A stretch of 32,000 nt of DNA, taken from Candidatus Saccharimonadota bacterium (GTDB lineage: Bacteria > Patescibacteriota > Gracilibacteria > Absconditabacterales > Absconditicoccaceae). The notes under the pieces are model-generated. The model did no database searches. It was given only the letters and a program-made list of their open reading frames with translations, and was not told the DNA's origin. The stretch is from positions 450,001 to 482,000 of the forward strand of contig OZ246420.1 in the NCBI GenBank assembly GCA_965231145.1, written 5' to 3'. Below, one piece after another: positions 27,797-32,000 of the stretch; within the stretch, counting starts at the first letter, position 1; each line of letters begins with the position of its first letter. A program made the position numbers and the translations under genes.

Positions 27797-29995
27797 TTAT
27801 TCTTTCATAGCCTCTATCACCTCAGGTATAAACTCTTCCAATGGAATATTGAGGAAAGTCTCACAATTTCTGAGGTGTTCTCTGCTCACACCAGCGGCAA
27901 ACTTGCTATCTTTGATCTTTTTCATGACCGATTTCACCTCCATACCCTCGAAACCTTCTGGCCTCATAAGTGAGTATGCATAAAGGAATCCAGAAAGCTC
28001 ATCGACTGAGGCCAGATATCTTCTGATAAGAAGATCGACTGGGACTCCGGTTTTCTCGTGGTAGTGAGAACGTATGTCGTCGATAAGTGCCTGTGGTAAA
28101 TTGATTTCTCCTACGATAGTATGAAACTCATCCCCCAGATGTTTATCGGCATCTTTCCCAATATGATCCCAGTCTACATCGTGCAATAGTCCTGCAAGAT
28201 ACCAGACATCTTCATCCTGACCAAGCTTTTTCGCAAAATAATGCATCACCTTTCCAACCTGTTCGCAGTGCTTGCGAGTCTCTGTCAGATATTTATCTGC
28301 AAGTGCCTGTGAATCGCTAATAGAGGGTATATTTTCATATGAGACTTCTCTGTCTGTATGTATTGGTGTAACTGAACCTTCTTTATTTGATTCTGAACTT
28401 TGATTTTTGCTTTCTGAATTTCAATGAAGTGGTTTCATCATAGGGAAAAGTATAACATCACGGATGTTTGACTGCTCGGTGAGTAATGCGAAAATACGGT
28501 CAATTCCCATACCCCAACCAGATTGTGGAGGCATACCGTATTCCATAGCTTGAACAAACTCAGGGTCTCCTGATGTTGCTTCTTCGTCTCCTGCGGCAAG
28601 CGCTCATGCCTGTGCATCAAAATTAGCCTGCTGCTCTATTGGATCGACAAGCTCTGAATATGCTTTGATCACCTCCCATCCATTGATAAGAAGCTGCCAC
28701 TGTTCTACTATGTTTTTGTCGCTATCGCTTGTGCGCGCAAGAGGCTGCATCAGTTTTGGATAGTTGACGATGAAGGCCGGACCGACGATCTTAGGTCTTG
28801 TCACCTTTTTGTAGAGGTAGTCGATCATCGTTGTCAGACCTTGCTTATCCATCCCTTCCCAGCTATGACCTGCTGCTTTGATGTCAGCTCTGAGTTTCTC
28901 GTCATCTCCTTCCTTATATGCGCCCACGTCTATTCATGAGTCTTTCTTGATCTGGTCAACATAATTGACGCGCTGCCATGGTGTCTGAAATGATACAGAC
29001 TTAGATACTCCTTGTTTATCCACAACATTGATCGTCTGCTGAAGTTCTGGGATATTTGCAAAGATGTAGTTGAACATCTCTTCAGTAAACTTCATATTAT
29101 CTTCATGATTCCAATACGCAGCATAGTGCTCGATCATCGTGAATTCCTGATGATGACTTGGATCTGATCATTCATTGCGGAAATCTTTCGCTACTTCAAA
29201 TACCTTTTCTAACATTCCGACAGTAGCTTTCTTGAGGTTCGTTTCTGGGGAAATTCTCAGGTACATATCGAGATCAAAGTCATGGTGATGTGTTACGAAG
29301 GGCTTCGCCGCTGCCCCAGAGGCAGAGTTTCCAAGCACTGGTGTCTCAATTTCTATAAAACCTTTATTCCAATAGAAATCTCTTATCGTCTTCATAAATT
29401 TTGCACGAAGCTTCATTCTATCGAGCGATTCTCTATTGAAGATCATATCGAGATATCTTTGTCTGTATGCTCTTTCCTGGTCTTCTCCGATCCCATGAAA
29501 TTTGTCACCAAGCGGCTGTATCGCCTTTGCGAGAAATGTATAATTTGTCACGAACAATGTAAGCTCTCCCTTATGTGTCACAAAAAGCTCTCCCTCTACT
29601 CAGATGAAGTCACCAACATCTACCAGTTTTTCCAATATCTTATATGCGGTCATTTCTAATTCCTCCTTGTTTGATTGTGCTTTGTGACCTGTGCTTTGTG
29701 AATTGATAACGCAGTTATCCTTGTGAAACATAAGTTGAATCTCTCCAGACTCATCCAATAACTTTCAAAAAGAAAGTTTACCATGACTTCTGAAAAGAGT
29801 GAGCCTTCCGGCCGTTTTATACTGATTTTTTGGAGCAGGAATAATTTCTTCTACATCGCGGAAACTTTCACCTTCCTTTCCCAGAAGATCGCTGATCATC
29901 GATGTCTTATCATACTTTTGTGCATAAGGATTTATCCCCAATGAACGGAGTGTTTCCACTTTCTGTTTTCTTACTTCATATTCTGAAAGAGCCAT
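27797..29995 (-). CDS. lysS: Lysyl-tRNA synthetase (class II) fused in frame to a C-terminal HD-superfamily domain (732 aa)
   Basis: Track ORFs 29765-29995, 29168-29581, 28934-29137, 28604-28927 and 27797-28249 share one frame with TGAs at 29765, 29602, 29168, 28934, 28604 and 28421. [13 protein letters not shown] and ILFPMMK are present. A linker then leads into [32 protein letters not shown] checked every triplet and found no TAA or TAG. Confidence 0.85.
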
Positions 29996-30017
29996 TTATC
30001 ATCATAACATAATTAAA

Positions 30018-30067
30018 GATACAGATACAGATGACAGATACGGTCTCAGTATCTTGTATCAGTATCT
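30018..30067. repeat. GATAC-word element (family B, copy 2)
   Basis: gatacagatacagatgacagatac-N7-gtatcttgtatcagtatct, 23 nt upstream of the lysS ATG. Confidence 0.7.
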
Positions 30068-30181
30068 ATTGGAATAATGCTTTATTCTATATAGAAAGCT
30101 GGCTTATTTTCAACCAGAACCCATGTTAAATAAGAGATAAAAGATAATAAATAAAAAATATTTCTTATCTCTCATTTTTAT

Positions 30182-31135
30182 TTATAAGAAATAATGTTTA
30201 TACGTTACATTCTCTTTCGGCTTCGTATTCGCTTCAAGGATGTATCTACGAAACCGAGTTCTTTGTTTCTTTGCAAAGTAATGTGTGTTTTTCTTGAGTT
30301 CCTCTTCGAGCGTCTCTCTGCCATATTTCCCTTGCCGATAGAGTACGGTTTCCTTATAGCCGATGCCATTCATCGCTTGATGCTCCAACGTATATCCTTG
30401 CTTCATCAGTCATTGGACCTCTTCTAGTAGTCCTGTCTGGAGCATCTCTTTAATACGGCAATTGATACGCTTATTGCTGTCGTCTTTTTCACGCCAGAGA
30501 CCGATCATGAGTAATGGCTGCTTGACTGGCATCTCATTGGCAAGTGAGGTCTTAGTCTTACCAGTTTTTTCATATATTTCCAAAGCACGGATGATATATC
30601 TCGTACTATTTGGATGGTGTTTATTTGCTTCTTCGGGATCTATTTCTTGTAATCTTTTTCGAAGGATCCCTGGTTCTTTTTCCTCTTCAGCAGACCATTT
30701 GTCGCGAAGTGGCATATCTGCTTCGATATCAGGCATCTCAAAGTTTTTGTAGATCATATCAATATAAAGCCCCGTTCCTCATACGATAAGTGGGATATTG
30801 CCTCTTGCTATGATCTCTGGTATGAGTCTGTCGGTTGCTGTTCTTCGCTGTCCAGCAGTATACGTCTCATCAGGATTGACAATATCTATCTGATGGTGAG
30901 GAACTTTCTGACGAATCTCTTCAATTACTTTATCTGTCCCAATGTCCATAAAACGAAAAATCTGACGTGAGTCAGCTGAAATGATTTCTACCGGAAAATG
31001 TTCCGCTAATAAAAGAGAAAGCTTGCTTTTCCCTGTCGCAGTCGCTCACCGTATCACTACAGCGCCTGTTGGATTGCTTTCGTGAAAAGTCTGAATTGTT
31101 TTTTTTGCATCCTCTAGGATGTCAGATACTTCCAT
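30182..31135 (-). CDS. miaA: tRNA dimethylallyltransferase MiaA (317 aa)
   Basis: Joined through TGAs at 31046 (P-loop G-ATATGKS), 30779 (LIV-G-GTGLY) and 30410. SADSRQIFRFMDIGTDK is present. The frame was checked and ends in TAA. Confidence 0.9.
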
Positions 31136-31137
31136 TA

Positions 31138-31512
31138 TTAGTCGGGGTCTTTTTGTGCTAATAGTAATTTTGCAATTTGAGCTTGGTCGGGAAATAATTT
31201 TTCGATAAGGTATATCATATAAGCTGCTGCTTTATCAGGAGGATAATAGTAATTTAACCTAGCTCTTATCTTCATAGCATTACGCCTTATACGTTCTCTC
31301 TGCTCCCTAGTTCGAGGAAGTGTGAGAAATTGTTCTTGGAATTGATCATACCAGCCCTGCTCTATCATAACAAAACACATATGCAATCTGTTTTTACCAA
31401 TGTGTTCATCAGCAAGCAGTAATTCAATGGTTTGGTCCGGTTGCTGTTGAATGCGCCCAAGAAGTGTATCTGATATATCTATAAGACCTGTATTCACCTG
31501 TGCCTCAACCAT
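31138..31512 (-). CDS. Orphan protein (124 aa)
   Basis: Intact ORF whose TAA lies 2 nt upstream of the miaA ATG, suggesting translational coupling. I recognise no family. Confidence 0.5.
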   Translation of the reverse strand: MVEAQVNTGLIDISDTLLGRIQQQPDQTIELLLADEHIGKNRLHMCFVMIEQGWYDQFQEQFLTLPRTREQRERIRRNAMKIRARLNYYYPPDKAAAYMIYLIEKLFPDQAQIAKLLLAQKDPD

Positions 31513-31531
31513 CTCGTTTCGCTTTTACTGG

Positions 31532-32000
31532 CTAAAACTTACTAGAGAAATTTTCTTCCACCTGTTTCCAGTTGATCACATTCCAGAAGTTTTCTATGTA
31601 TTCTGCTCTCTTGTTTTGGCATTTCAAATAGTATGCGTGTTCCCAAAGATCGATCCCCATTACTGCTTTCTCTCCGAGCATCAAAGGATTGTTCTGATTT
31701 GCTGTCGTCATGATTTCGAGATCATCATGTTTCTTGATCACCCATGCCCACCCAGAACCAAATACACTCATGGCAGCATCCGTAAAAGTCTTTTTGAATG
31801 CATCCATACCGCCAAATGAACCTGCAATTACCTTCTTAAAAGCATCGCTTGGCTCACTCTTTTCTGGTGACATAATCTTCCAAAAAAAAGCATGATTCCA
31901 GTGACCTCCGCCATGGTTCCTTACTGCATTACGCATATCTTCTGGCAGGATATCTATTGACTGTAACAGCTCTTCGAGCGATTTTTCTTCAAACTCAGTT
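31532..32000 (-). CDS. sodA: Fe/Mn superoxide dismutase, N-terminus off the window
   Basis: HGGGHWNHAFFW, FGSGWAWV and DLWEHAYYL are the Fe/Mn-SOD metal-ligand motifs. The frame stays open to position 32000. TAG stop. Confidence 0.85.
   Translation of the reverse strand, partial: TEFEEKSLEELLQSIDILPEDMRNAVRNHGGGHWNHAFFWKIMSPEKSEPSDAFKKVIAGSFGGMDAFKKTFTDAAMSVFGSGWAWVIKKHDDLEIMTTANQNNPLMLGEKAVMGIDLWEHAYYLKCQNKRAEYIENFWNVINWKQVEENFSSKF

Noticed and set aside
1-32000. Alternative readings of in-frame TGA: tryptophan (table 4, Mycoplasma-like) or selenocysteine.
   Set aside because: Positions such as HEA-x-H, the MiaA P-loop, FRNE-x and K-x-LEFP are glycine in these families, not Trp or Cys/Sec. 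About 65 occurrences in 32 kb is far too frequent for Sec, and I saw no SECIS-like hairpins.
1-32000. A prophage, insertion sequence or integrative element that could explain the priA split, the uvrB truncation and the orphan cassettes.
   Set aside because: I recognised no integrase, transposase, recombinase, terminase or capsid-like ORF in any frame under table 11 or table 25, and no flanking direct repeats. A mobile origin cannot be supported from this window.

Overview
This AT-rich 32 kb window comes from a bacterium that reads UGA as a sense codon, glycine (translation table 25). That code is so far known only from Absconditabacteria/SR1 and Gracilibacteria/BD1-5 in the CPR. Under the standard code most housekeeping genes look shattered. 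With TGA=Gly the ORF-track fragments merge, each in a single frame, into about 30 intact CDS that all end in TAA or TAG. The merged genes are pcrA, a DUF4012 gene, an isochorismatase-family gene, smpB, a peptidase S51 gene, pepF, an HD hydrolase, an RNA methyltransferase, ftsA, a type IV pilin-like gene, uppS, lysS and miaA; uvrB, ftsZ, dnaN and sod need no merging. Positions 4825-32000 are almost entirely a minus-strand housekeeping block; pcrA is the only plus-strand gene in it. Positions 238-3663 are different: five plus-strand orphan ORFs, each with its own TTGACT-N16-TAnnAT promoter and GC-rich intrinsic terminator. Other notable points follow. (1) lysS reads through a UGA-Gly codon into a C-terminal HD domain. 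(2) priA is in two pieces on opposite strands about 22 kb apart and has lost its helicase motifs. (3) uvrB lacks its C-terminal helicase and UVR domains. (4) Short word-repeat, imperfectly palindromic elements fill most intergenic spacers of the minus-strand block and also sit in frame inside at least six ORFs. No rRNA, tRNA, CRISPR array, integrase or transposase was recognised. All family calls rest on motifs read by eye; no database search was possible.
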